Of a DNA stretch of 64,000 bases, positions 53,902 through 62,120 are shown piece by piece; the stretch's first letter is position 1; every line of letters starts with the position of its first letter. The stretch comes from Bacilli bacterium (GTDB lineage Bacteria; Bacillota_I; Bacilli_A; RFN20; CAG-826), in contig JAGAYY010000025.1 in the NCBI GenBank assembly GCA_017940265.1, forward strand, positions 711 to 64,710, in the 5' to 3' direction. Below the pieces are notes generated by a model that had not been told where the DNA came from, did no database searches, and saw only the letters and a list, made by a program, of their open reading frames with translations. The position numbers were made by a program, and so were the translations under genes.

Positions 53902-53926
53902 ACTAAATTAATAGTCTACTTTTTTA
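53898..53926 (+). terminator. rho-independent-type terminator
   Basis: Stem gtagacta/tagtctac followed by TTTTTT. Confidence 0.65.
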
Positions 53927-53958
53927 TTTCGTAAAATTAAATTAAAGGCTAAGAAAGT

Positions 53959-53971
53959 CCCCCCCCCCCCC
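53959..53971. repeat. C13 homopolymer (G13 on the minus strand)
   Basis: 13 consecutive C in an AT-rich intergenic region between convergent genes. Confidence 0.9.
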
Positions 53972-54008
53972 GATTTTTGAATTTCCGGAGAGGAGAACTA
54001 AGTTCTCT

Positions 54009-55001
54009 TTACTTCTTACCTGAAGGTGTTGTTTCAGAAGCAGTAACATATGTTGTAGATCCAGAGTTCTTGGCAACCGTGGTGGCCAGTTCCTGGTTAC
54101 GAACATAAGCATCGTCGAGTTTCTTCTCAAGTGCCTCAATCTTCTCAGCCTGAGACTTGATAGTTGCTTCCTGTGAATCAACCTTAGCCTGGAGCAGATT
54201 CTTCTCATATTCTGCGTTCTTCTCCATAGCTCTCTTCTCGAATGCGTGTGCTTTATCGGCTTCGACCTTACCGGATGCTTTTCCATTAGCTTCGGCTTCC
54301 TCAAGGCGCTTGGGGAATTCAGCAATCTGCTTTTCCATTCCGTCCATCTTAGCCTCACGCTCTGCTACTGCTGCGACACGATCGGCGAGATCCTTCTCAC
54401 AATCAGCCAGAACTTTCTCGCGAGCAGTTTTCTCATCTTCCCAGGCATCATTCTCTTTAGCACGAGTACGCTCAAGTGCATACTTGAATTCTTCAGCCTC
54501 ACGAGCCCGCTGCTGGGCGAGATCTTTCTTGTAGAGCTTCTCTTCTTCATCGAGTTCTTTCTTCGTCTTCTTCAGATTGTCCTGAGCTTCCTTGATCTCA
54601 GCATTAATCGTAGCGATTTGTGCTTCTTTCTCAGACTGACGAACATCGGCTTCTTGTGCTGCTTGTTCATCAAGCTCAATCTTCGTGATCTTGTAAGCAT
54701 TGTGCATAGCAGCTAACTTAGCTCCTTCTGACTCAATACCATAGAGTTCCTTCAAGGTTGCTTCCTTTTCAGCGATCTCATTCTTCAGATCCTTGAATTT
54801 CTGAACCACATCTACACTAACGAAACCAGACTCAATGAATTCGGCTGCAGACTTCTCCTGTCGTGCTGCTTCAGCTTTCTTTTGCTCAGCATAAGGATCA
54901 GTTACAGTTGACTCCTTTTCCTTCAGTTTCTTCATTGCCTCTTGATAAGCGGCGTAAATAACGTCTTTGCTAGAGGTCTTAGTGACTTTCTTTTCTGCCA
55001 T
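54009..55001 (-). CDS. coiled-coil protein (K/E/A-rich), probably abundant
   Basis: 330 aa with heptad-like low complexity throughout and GC-richer codon choice than its neighbours. Confidence 0.6.
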   Translation of the reverse strand: MAEKKVTKTSSKDVIYAAYQEAMKKLKEKESTVTDPYAEQKKAEAARQEKSAAEFIESGFVSVDVVQKFKDLKNEIAEKEATLKELYGIESEGAKLAAMHNAYKITKIELDEQAAQEADVRQSEKEAQIATINAEIKEAQDNLKKTKKELDEEEKLYKKDLAQQRAREAEEFKYALERTRAKENDAWEDEKTAREKVLADCEKDLADRVAAVAEREAKMDGMEKQIAEFPKRLEEAEANGKASGKVEADKAHAFEKRAMEKNAEYEKNLLQAKVDSQEATIKSQAEKIEALEKKLDDAYVRNQELATTVAKNSGSTTYVTASETTPSGKK

Positions 55002-55060
55002 AATTTTTTTTTAATTAAAAAATTGTTAAACTTAATTTTACTTAGAGTATTATAAAATAA

Positions 55061-55073
55061 CTCATGTATAAGG
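55061..55073 (-). promoter_or_regulatory. CCTTATA-NN-TGAG box (ctcaaatccttatacatgag), leftward
   Basis: Lies 60 nt upstream of ATG 55001 and just downstream of the hairpin at 55097-55123. Confidence 0.4.
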
Positions 55074-55106
55074 ATTTGAGGCGGTCAAAAAAAAGAAGAT
55101 ATTTTT

Positions 55107-55655
55107 TTAATATCTTCTGTTGTTTATATGATACCAGAGTCTATCCTTAAGATCTTCTACAACCCTATTACATTCTTCTTTAGTATAGAAATAATTTGAA
55201 CTATTAAAATTTTCTAAGTCAGTATCAGAATTTTTCCACACACCAGTAATAACTTCTGGATACATACTAAATTTAATATAATAATAAGTTTGCCCTTCTT
55301 GAGGTTTCCACACTAACTCCTTATTATCATTAATCGAGAATCCCTGTTCGGTAAGTAAGGAAAAGAATCGATCTTTCTCAGGTTGAGTTGCTAGACCATC
55401 TATTTCAGAAAGTTCTAACTCACTAAGTGAAAACATTTCTAATCTATCTGTTCCTTTTCTCAGGATAGTATAAGAATAAAACATACCAGTAAATCCTCCA
55501 AATTCATACATAGCAATATCTCCATTCTTCAACTTCAAAATATCACCTTTTTCAGGTTTAAAAACTAATTGAAGTTTAGTTGTAGATCCTGCAATTACAT
55601 ATCCTTCTGGAAGATCTATTCCAGTTTTTAATACTTCTAAGAGATTTTTATCCAT
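55107..55655 (-). CDS. hypothetical protein
   Basis: 182-aa ORF. Confidence 0.5.
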   Translation of the reverse strand: MDKNLLEVLKTGIDLPEGYVIAGSTTKLQLVFKPEKGDILKLKNGDIAMYEFGGFTGMFYSYTILRKGTDRLEMFSLSELELSEIDGLATQPEKDRFFSLLTEQGFSINDNKELVWKPQEGQTYYYIKFSMYPEVITGVWKNSDTDLENFNSSNYFYTKEECNRVVEDLKDRLWYHINNRRY

Positions 55656-56479
55656 TTTTTTAGATTTTCGTAAATAAGGGGACTATATATCACATATTTA
55701 CCACTCTGGGTAGGCAATTTTTTACAAACCTCAGAAACGAATCCTTCTCTTGATTCTATAGTTTTAGGAGAAAATTTTATTATTCCTTCTTCCTTAAACC
55801 AGTCTTTCTGTTCATTTTGTTTAATAACTTCTATAAGAGTCTCGGATTCAAGAGTTCCAAAATCTGTATTATATTCAAGCCCTGGTATTATATTTTCATT
55901 TTCACCAAGTACAACTCTAAGAGACCTTTCCCTAAAATCAATTAAAGTTCCATCATTAATTAAGATATTACTTTTAGGAAACATATTCCAAGTTAAGGCA
56001 GTCTCTGAAGAATGATTAGAAAAACCATAGATAATTGAAGTCCTAACAATAAAATATACGTCAGCACCTTCTTTCCTAAGAGCTTCTAATTCATTTGGAA
56101 ATCTAATATCATCTACTACAACATTCCCTTCTATAGACCTAATTTTTTCTAACATCCTTTTTACATGCCAGTCCGGATCTACACCTCTAATAATATCTGT
56201 TCCAACAATCTGAAGTAATTCTCTAACTGTTGTAACATAATATTCCTTAGTTGAGCCTCCTTCAATAATGTCTGAGCCTTTAAATTTTAGTTCTATAGCT
56301 GTTCCAGTGTTCTTTAATTCATTTAATTTTTGTAAATCAACACCAAGAAGTCCTGCACATAATTCCTTAAGTGCATTGGCTATGGTAACAATAGTATAAC
56401 CTTTCTCTTGAAGTGCTTTAGCCATAACATCTTTTCCAGATCTTTGTCTTCCGGAAAATCCTATTATTTTTCTTTCCAT
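55637..56479 (-). CDS. P-loop kinase, dNMP-kinase-like N-terminal domain
   Basis: IIGFSGRQRSGKD resembles the T4 gp1-type SGxxRSGKD P-loop. Confidence 0.45.
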   Translation of the reverse strand: MERKIIGFSGRQRSGKDVMAKALQEKGYTIVTIANALKELCAGLLGVDLQKLNELKNTGTAIELKFKGSDIIEGGSTKEYYVTTVRELLQIVGTDIIRGVDPDWHVKRMLEKIRSIEGNVVVDDIRFPNELEALRKEGADVYFIVRTSIIYGFSNHSSETALTWNMFPKSNILINDGTLIDFRERSLRVVLGENENIIPGLEYNTDFGTLESETLIEVIKQNEQKDWFKEEGIIKFSPKTIESREGFVSEVCKKLPTQSGKYVIYSPLIYENLKKWIKIS

Positions 56480-56481
56480 TA

Positions 56482-57333
56482 TTAATAAGGATTTAATATT
56501 TCAATTATCTCAAGTAATCTATCTGCCTTAATAATATCTCCCGAAAGTTCTGGAAATTCTTGTAATAATATTTCCGATGTGGGAGAATCTAATTCTAAGG
56601 CTGGTTCGATGCACGGAAGAATATCAAAATTTTCTTCTTTAAAATTTTGAATTGCTATTTCAGTAAACTTGGGAACTTCAATTCTATGTGTTTTTGCTGA
56701 ATTCTTGAGTTGCAGACCACCAGAATTATTCTTGGCATAATCATTTTTCCTTTGTGTTTTAATACCAAAAACTTTTTCTACGTATCTATCTCTCGCTTTA
56801 TCCGCCTGTCTTTTATGAAGATGGGATTTATCATCCAATTCAATAATCCAACCAATATCTGGGATGAATATATCTGCACTTATATAACTTCTATACCAAT
56901 ATTCATCACTAGTCTCACCTTCTTCGGCTAGATAGGTTCTCCAAAGATCAAGGTTTGTTATTGGAATAATAAATTCTTGGATACAAAGAAATCCCGGACA
57001 GGCTTCTCTAATATGTTTATAGAAAAGTTTTTGATTTTCTGATGATCTAGCCCTCTCTAATAATGAATTCTTTTTTCTACCTTGTCTATTATCACATAGA
57101 TTAATCCACTCATGTTTTGGGTTTGAAGTTATTCCTTCTAGATATCGGCGATTCTTTAGGTATAAGGGGCATTTTACTTTTCCAACATCACTATAACTAA
57201 AAATCCAATTATTGGAACCACCTCTTTTAGTGATTCCATCAAACACAATTTTTTCAAAATTAACATCCATCATCAATAAGGAATACTTCGCTGATGGGAC
57301 GTGTTTTAAGAAAATAAAAAAAAGATTTCCCAT
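56482..57333 (-). CDS. putative PD-(D/E)xK nuclease-fold protein (DUF559/Vsr-like core)
   Basis: SADIFIPDIGWIIELDDKSH matches the aDf...iiElDGxxH pattern. Confidence 0.4.
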   Translation of the reverse strand: MGNLFFIFLKHVPSAKYSLLMMDVNFEKIVFDGITKRGGSNNWIFSYSDVGKVKCPLYLKNRRYLEGITSNPKHEWINLCDNRQGRKKNSLLERARSSENQKLFYKHIREACPGFLCIQEFIIPITNLDLWRTYLAEEGETSDEYWYRSYISADIFIPDIGWIIELDDKSHLHKRQADKARDRYVEKVFGIKTQRKNDYAKNNSGGLQLKNSAKTHRIEVPKFTEIAIQNFKEENFDILPCIEPALELDSPTSEILLQEFPELSGDIIKADRLLEIIEILNPY

Positions 57334-57349
57334 AAACTTAGGAAATCTG

Positions 57350-57421
57350 TAGCCGGTAGGAGAGTCGAACTCCTCTTTAGAGAATGAAAATCTCTCGTCC
57401 TAACCGATAGACGAACCGGCC
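57350..57421 (-). tRNA. tRNA-Glu(UUC)
   Basis: A canonical 72-nt cloverleaf on the minus strand: ggccggt tc gtct atcggtta ggac g agaga ttTTCat tctct aaag aggag ttcgact ctcct accggct a. Confidence 0.85.
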
Positions 57422-57426
57422 CTACT

Positions 57427-57439
57427 AACATATATAAGG
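57427..57439 (-). promoter_or_regulatory. CCTTATA-NN-TGTT box (ccttatatatgtt) 5 nt upstream of tRNA-Glu
   Basis: Lies between the terminator hairpin and the tRNA 5' end. Confidence 0.5.
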
Positions 57440-57440
57440 A

Positions 57441-57470
57441 ATTAAAGGGAGGGTTTTATCCCTCCTTTTA
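57441..57470 (-). terminator. hairpin terminator
   Basis: Stem aagggaggg/ccctccttt overlapping the stop codon of the small ORF. Confidence 0.5.
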
Positions 57471-57569
57471 CTTTTTAAGCTCTGAAGCAGTATCTGCAAT
57501 AAGAGCTACGTTCAAGAAAATGGTTGCTACTGCTACCACAATCTTACAAATTGCTAATGATTTTTTCAT
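57468..57569 (-). CDS. 33-aa hydrophobic peptide (MKKSLAICKIVVAVATIFLNVALIADTASELKK)
   Basis: Not in the ORF track because it is under 60 aa. It has an ATG, one TM-like segment, and a terminator directly after it. Confidence 0.3.
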   Translation of the reverse strand: MKKSLAICKIVVAVATIFLNVALIADTASELKK

Positions 57570-57582
57570 AATGTTTAATTGT

Positions 57583-57864
57583 TTAATTATTAATCATGAC
57601 CTCTTTGATCATGTAGTAATGTAGATAGAACACATTAATATTAGCTCTTAGTTCGCTCTCTATGTTCCATCGTTCTAGTTTCTGCAAATCTTCCGGAGCA
57701 ATTTTCTTTACCCGGTTAATAAGTTCTTCTAAATCCTCAAGTTTAACTACCCGACAGATCTTTTCTTTCTTTTGATCATCTTTAAGTAACGATCCTATAA
57801 ATGCAGCATCTTTTTCTAATTTGATGATTTCTTTTGCTGTTAAAATATTTACTAATTTGTCCAT
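57583..57864 (-). CDS. hypothetical protein
   Basis: 93-aa ORF. Confidence 0.45.
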   Translation of the reverse strand: MDKLVNILTAKEIIKLEKDAAFIGSLLKDDQKKEKICRVVKLEDLEELINRVKKIAPEDLQKLERWNIESELRANINVFYLHYYMIKEVMINN

Positions 57865-57897
57865 AATGTTTGTTATTTGTTTCGAAGAGGAGTTGGT

Positions 57898-58185
57898 TTA
57901 TTCCTTCTCCTCAAAAATGTGAACTCGATAACCCATGTCGTTTGAGAAACCAATCCACTCAGTTCCATCATTGCCTCGGATTAATCGAGATTTTGTTACT
58001 CCAATACACTCTTTTATGTTTCCGTCTTCTTCTACAGACTGAAAAAGATTCACATATTTTTTGTAATTTTCACCACCTACGAGTGTAATTTTGGTTTCAT
58101 TAGTTCCAGTAAAGAACTCTACTAGATTACCATCTAAAACTATTCCATGATGGTCATTCTCACTTAAATAAATTTTTACTTTCAT
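57898..58185 (-). CDS. hypothetical protein
   Basis: 95-aa ORF. Confidence 0.45.
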   Translation of the reverse strand: MKVKIYLSENDHHGIVLDGNLVEFFTGTNETKITLVGGENYKKYVNLFQSVEEDGNIKECIGVTKSRLIRGNDGTEWIGFSNDMGYRVHIFEEKE

Positions 58186-58227
58186 ATTTTAATTTTTAGT
58201 TATAGTTCTTAAAAAATAAATATAGAA

Positions 58228-58297
58228 TCAATAATCTAGGATTCGAACCTAGGACCTCTAAATTTCTCTAGCACTCTACCATCTGAGCTAATTATTT
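58228..58297 (-). ncRNA. tRNA-like RNA lacking an anticodon loop (GAAA tetraloop in its place)
   Basis: The minus strand reads aaataat ta gctc agatggta gagt g ctaga GAAA tttag aggtc ctagg ttcgaat cctag attattg a. The D-arm, variable loop and T-arm are canonical. The anticodon stem is capped by only 4 nt. Confidence 0.55.
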
Positions 58298-58302
58298 TCT
58301 TC

Positions 58303-58315
58303 TACATATATAAGG
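58303..58315 (-). promoter_or_regulatory. CCTTATA-NN-TGTA box (ctgaaaaccttatatatgta) 5 nt upstream of the tRNA-like gene
   Basis: Same spacing as at tRNA-Glu and tRNA-Arg. Confidence 0.5.
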
Positions 58316-58377
58316 TTTTCAGCCTTCCCGAGACGGTCAGTTTTGCGCCTCTGAAAAGGGAAGAATCTTATTTATAT

Positions 58378-58887
58378 ATGAAGATAGTTTTAATAGAAGA
58401 AATGGTGAGCATTAAAATATTTAATGCCGCCACAAATGGAGTTTGGTTTAGACGTCCGAAGATAAACTTAGAAGGAGTAGATAGTAAGTACATAGAAGAG
58501 TATGAAGATTGGGAAGGTAAGAAGTGTTTGAGATTTAATTTTGAAGAATATGCAAAAGATCATCATGAATTAGACTGTACGATTGATTATCCATTATCTA
58601 CTAAATGTGATTTTAAAATAATTCTTCCCGAAAATAAATGGAGACCCGGAGAATATGTATTTAACACAGAGGATATAGTAGATCAAGTATGTAAGAAATA
58701 TCATGAAATATATCGAGAAGAATCAGAAACTCTAACTAAAATAGATAAACCTAATCCACATCTCATTAATCGGGGCTTCTCTAATGGAAAATGGGGAATT
58801 TGGGGACATGATATAGGAGATCTAGTTCTTGAAGAGATTTCGTTAGATACAGAAAAACATAGAATAAACTTAGAAATTGGATCTTGA
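58378..58887 (+). CDS. hypothetical protein
   Basis: 169-aa ORF. Confidence 0.5.
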   Translation: MKIVLIEEMVSIKIFNAATNGVWFRRPKINLEGVDSKYIEEYEDWEGKKCLRFNFEEYAKDHHELDCTIDYPLSTKCDFKIILPENKWRPGEYVFNTEDIVDQVCKKYHEIYREESETLTKIDKPNPHLINRGFSNGKWGIWGHDIGDLVLEEISLDTEKHRINLEIGS

Positions 58888-59201
58888 ATATGAAAACAGG
58901 TATCGAATTAATTGCAGACGAAAGAAAACGTCAGGTTGAGGTAGAAGGTTATACATCACAACATGATTCTCAACATAATGCAAGTGAGTTTATATATGCA
59001 GCAATTGCATATATTGAGGCTGCTAAAGCTGGAGTAAACTGCGATGAAATGAATATTAAAGATGAGCTCAAAATTAGCAGATATAAAAATGAGAAAGGTA
59101 AAATTTTTCCCTGGGGTGATTGTAATTTTAAACCAACAACTAACATTCGTGATTTAGTAAAAGCGGGCGCATTAATTGCTGCTATTGATAGATTACAATA
59201 A
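58884..59201 (+). CDS. hypothetical protein
   Basis: 105-aa ORF. ERKRQVEVEGYTSQHDSQH is a helical N-terminal pattern that I could not assign. Confidence 0.45.
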   Translation: MNMKTGIELIADERKRQVEVEGYTSQHDSQHNASEFIYAAIAYIEAAKAGVNCDEMNIKDELKISRYKNEKGKIFPWGDCNFKPTTNIRDLVKAGALIAAIDRLQ

Positions 59202-59206
59202 ATAAA

Positions 59207-59237
59207 AATATGTAAGATTTTTATAGTCTTACATATT
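59207..59237. terminator. bidirectional hairpin terminator
   Basis: 11-bp stem aatatgtaaga/tcttacatatt between convergent genes. Confidence 0.55.
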
Positions 59238-59619
59238 TATTTTTACTTGAGAATAAAAGAACCTTAACAGAAAGTTCTGCATTCTCATCTGTATTAGAAG
59301 TTATCCTATATTTTCGTTTCCTTGTATGATATATCCACCTAACATCTCTTAACTTATTATCTGAAATAGACCAATTTTTCAGGTCATGGCCATTGATAAT
59401 TCCAAATTTAGTAATACTATTATCGCCTACTTCTATATTATTAAGATCTTCTGGTAAAATAAAAGCTTCGGGCGAATAAAGTTTTTCTATCAGCCAATCA
59501 TACCCTGAGTCTACATCATCTTTTGTTATATAGATTGGGTATTCACAACATAACTTGATTAGGTCTTCATCTATATTGAGTGGTCTAATTAATATTACTT
59601 TCGACATATATACAACCAT
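59221..59619 (-). CDS. hypothetical protein
   Basis: 132-aa ORF. Confidence 0.45.
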   Translation of the reverse strand: MVVYMSKVILIRPLNIDEDLIKLCCEYPIYITKDDVDSGYDWLIEKLYSPEAFILPEDLNNIEVGDNSITKFGIINGHDLKNWSISDNKLRDVRWIYHTRKRKYRITSNTDENAELSVKVLLFSSKNKYVRL

Positions 59620-60083
59620 CTAGGTTCATATACACAAGTTCCTAGTCTGCATTTAAGAGGTGGATTTGTTTTGTGTATATAAAGAAACGCTATATAAGAA
59701 AGTCCATGATTTACTGTTTTAGCAATACATTGAAATTCATTAGTTTTATAAGAAAAACTATATTCATTGCCAAAACTAGTTTTCTCAATCCAAGTATACG
59801 GTTTTATTACTTCAATCGTTTGTCGCGTATCATAAAATCTAACAAAAATTCGTTTATCATATAGAGTTACAAATTTTCTTTCCCATCTTTGTTTAAGTCG
59901 GTAATAATCTAATTCTGTTGTACTTACCGCTAGGGATTCACTATTTTCATCTCCATTAAGTTTATAAATCCCACCAAATATTATTTCATATGAGGCTCCA
60001 ACAGATTTTAGATCTTTAATAATAGTATTTATTATTTGACTTAATTTAGCTTCTTTAGATTCAATATTTATTATGTAATGCAT
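59595..60083 (-). CDS. hypothetical protein
   Basis: 162-aa ORF. Confidence 0.45.
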   Translation of the reverse strand: MHYIINIESKEAKLSQIINTIIKDLKSVGASYEIIFGGIYKLNGDENSESLAVSTTELDYYRLKQRWERKFVTLYDKRIFVRFYDTRQTIEVIKPYTWIEKTSFGNEYSFSYKTNEFQCIAKTVNHGLSYIAFLYIHKTNPPLKCRLGTCVYEPRWLYICRK

Positions 60084-60507
60084 TTTCTAGGGCTAAACAA
60101 TAATATATATCTCTTTCAAAAGTATCTGGAAAATATAGAATATCTAATCTTGTTTCCTTAGTAACATCAACGGCAGTGACGTATCCGAAGTTATCAGAAT
60201 TAGATTTTCGCACATTAGATGGAAGAAAAGGTTTAATTTCTTCCTCACTATATATACTAATATCTAATATTTTTCTACTCCTATACTTATTCCCTTTTCT
60301 AGATAAGATCTCTATTGCTAATTTATTATAATTATTATTTTTAGTAATTCCAAATATTATTGATTCTGACAATTCATTCTCAAAACTATTGATCTTAAGA
60401 ACTCTGTTTGTCATTTCAACTATATTACTGTTTATGTATTCAATAACCTCTGAGAGTTTAGTACAACCTACATCATCTAATAATTTAATTGAAATATATA
60501 AATTCAC
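60061..60507 (-). CDS. hypothetical protein (GTG start inside the promoter-like box)
   Basis: 148-aa ORF. Confidence 0.4.
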   Translation of the reverse strand: MNLYISIKLLDDVGCTKLSEVIEYINSNIVEMTNRVLKINSFENELSESIIFGITKNNNYNKLAIEILSRKGNKYRSRKILDISIYSEEEIKPFLPSNVRKSNSDNFGYVTAVDVTKETRLDILYFPDTFERDIYYCLALENALHNKY

Positions 60508-60517
60508 ACTTATAAGG
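60505..60517 (-). promoter_or_regulatory. CCTTATA-NN-TGTG box (ccttataagtgtg), leftward
   Basis: One half of a divergent pair with 60528-60540. The two boxes form the inverted repeat tataagg/ccttata. Confidence 0.4.
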
Positions 60518-60527
60518 TTATTGAGAG

Positions 60528-60540
60528 CCTTATATTTGTT
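60528..60540 (+). promoter_or_regulatory. CCTTATA-NN-TGTT box (ccttatatttgtt) abutting ATG 60541
   Basis: It contains TAtaTTTG. Confidence 0.45.
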
Positions 60541-61236
60541 ATGGATAGAATAAAAGAATATGCAAAAGAAATTTACACGAAGACCAAATATTATGGGAAT
60601 AAACTGACGTGTAATAAATCATTCATTCGAGATAATATAATTAAAGCACAAGAAACTGGTATATTTCCTTGGACTTTTAATCGAATAAAAACTAAGGTGC
60701 AAGAATTAGAGATTAATGTTTTTAGTGCTATTATTAGGGTAGTAGATTATGGTAGCTACTATGAAACTTACAACTATTTAAAAGGGTTAGATGATAGTAC
60801 TTGGATGATACAGAAAACAGCCTATGGTAAGGAGGATATCGAATTTTATGCTGTTATTAAGTTCTCCGATCACTATAAAGAACGATTTGAAGAAAGGAGC
60901 TCCGGGTTTGTTCGTCTTATTGGAAACATAGATGAAGCTCTTTCTCTAGATCTTCAAGCTGCTCATAATAGTTTTTCAAATCCCCAAGGTATAAGAGATC
61001 CAGAACGGGCAATTGAAATACTTAAAGAGCTAACTGATAATACTGAGGAGCATATAGAAAAAGTAATAAACATAAAGGAAAATATATCTATTATTAAAAC
61101 TTATACAGGATATGGTATCTATAGAATTTTAGATATAACTCAGCCTGTAGTGGAGATAGTAATGATAACCTGGATTTCTCGTGATATGATGACTCAGAAA
61201 CAAAAAGATATGGTTGATATGCTATGTTTTGAATAA
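60541..61236 (+). CDS. hypothetical protein
   Basis: 231-aa ORF. Confidence 0.5.
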   Translation: MDRIKEYAKEIYTKTKYYGNKLTCNKSFIRDNIIKAQETGIFPWTFNRIKTKVQELEINVFSAIIRVVDYGSYYETYNYLKGLDDSTWMIQKTAYGKEDIEFYAVIKFSDHYKERFEERSSGFVRLIGNIDEALSLDLQAAHNSFSNPQGIRDPERAIEILKELTDNTEEHIEKVINIKENISIIKTYTGYGIYRILDITQPVVEIVMITWISRDMMTQKQKDMVDMLCFE

Positions 61237-61278
61237 AAGGTTTAATAGCCTTTTATTTTTTATTGGACTCTGTAATAA

Positions 61279-61291
61279 CCTTATATATGAT
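61279..61291 (+). promoter_or_regulatory. CCTTATA box (gtaataaccttatatatgat) overlapping ATG 61287
   Basis: Follows the hairpin aaaagg/cctttt plus T-run at 61238-61262. Confidence 0.4.
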
Positions 61292-62120
61292 GAAAAATAA
61301 ATTATTAGAATTATATAATAAATATGTTTGGGCAGAGAAACCGGATATAAATACAATTAGAAGTGAATTTTCTTTGCCCTCTAGTAGCTTACCAGATATA
61401 CTCAAAATATTGAATGATATAAAATCAATATCATTAGAAGATCTGACCAAAATTACTATTCCAGATAATTCAGTATCTGGTAGAAAAGCTATTTATATAC
61501 CTAATAAATTTTTTAGCTCTTTTGTTAATTATTTTCCTTGGGAGACATTCGCACTAAACTACAACAGTCCTATTATTGGAATGGCAACTGTATGGTCCAT
61601 TGAAGATAAACTTAAGTGTGATCTAAGAGAAGTTCCTAAGGTTTATACCGGAACAGAAAACTTATGGAACATAATTATACCAACTTTATCCGAACTTATT
61701 AAAACACAAGAATGGTACGGCTTTAATTTAGGTGATCCATATAATAAACGCAGGAAAAGACCTATAGTACGAAGAAAAATAGAAATCCTTGAAGTTCAGA
61801 TTGATAAGTATTCTTCATATTATGGCAGATATTCTAATATCAACGCTTATGGAATAGATGTAAAAACTGGCCAAAATCTGTGTTTAATTGGATCAAATGG
61901 TTGGAACTTATATCTCTCAGAGGAAATTATGAATCAAAGGTTGGAAGATCTTGAGAATTATTGGATGAGAGGCTATGATGAAAAAGTTCGAAGTCTTGAA
62001 ATCCAAATACAAAACAAAGAATCTGAGATTAAAAACCTTAAGGAAGAAAGAAAAAGAATGATGAATTCTATAGATGAATATAAAAAAGAATTAGATAAAA
62101 TAGTATGGAAAGACTTTTAG
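61287..62120 (+). CDS. hypothetical protein with a C-terminal coiled coil
   Basis: The start is trimmed to the first ATG (the tracked start 61263 is non-ATG). Confidence 0.45.
   Translation: MMKNKLLELYNKYVWAEKPDINTIRSEFSLPSSSLPDILKILNDIKSISLEDLTKITIPDNSVSGRKAIYIPNKFFSSFVNYFPWETFALNYNSPIIGMATVWSIEDKLKCDLREVPKVYTGTENLWNIIIPTLSELIKTQEWYGFNLGDPYNKRRKRPIVRRKIEILEVQIDKYSSYYGRYSNINAYGIDVKTGQNLCLIGSNGWNLYLSEEIMNQRLEDLENYWMRGYDEKVRSLEIQIQNKESEIKNLKEERKRMMNSIDEYKKELDKIVWKDF

Noticed and set aside
53942-54716. ORFs 53942-54358(-), 54157-54534(+), 54246-54716(+) and 54365-54550(-), all overlapping the coiled-coil gene.
   Set aside because: They are alternative-frame or antisense readings of a low-complexity, GC-richer gene. 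They encode R/S/L-rich nonsense-like sequences. The 330-aa coiled-coil frame has a proper start, stop and terminator.
57421-57470. The tataagg...hairpin region first read as a plus-strand terminator or stray inverted repeat.
   Set aside because: All flanking genes are on the minus strand. Read on that strand, it resolves into a terminator for the 33-aa ORF followed by a CCTTATA-NN-TGTT box 5 nt upstream of tRNA-Glu.
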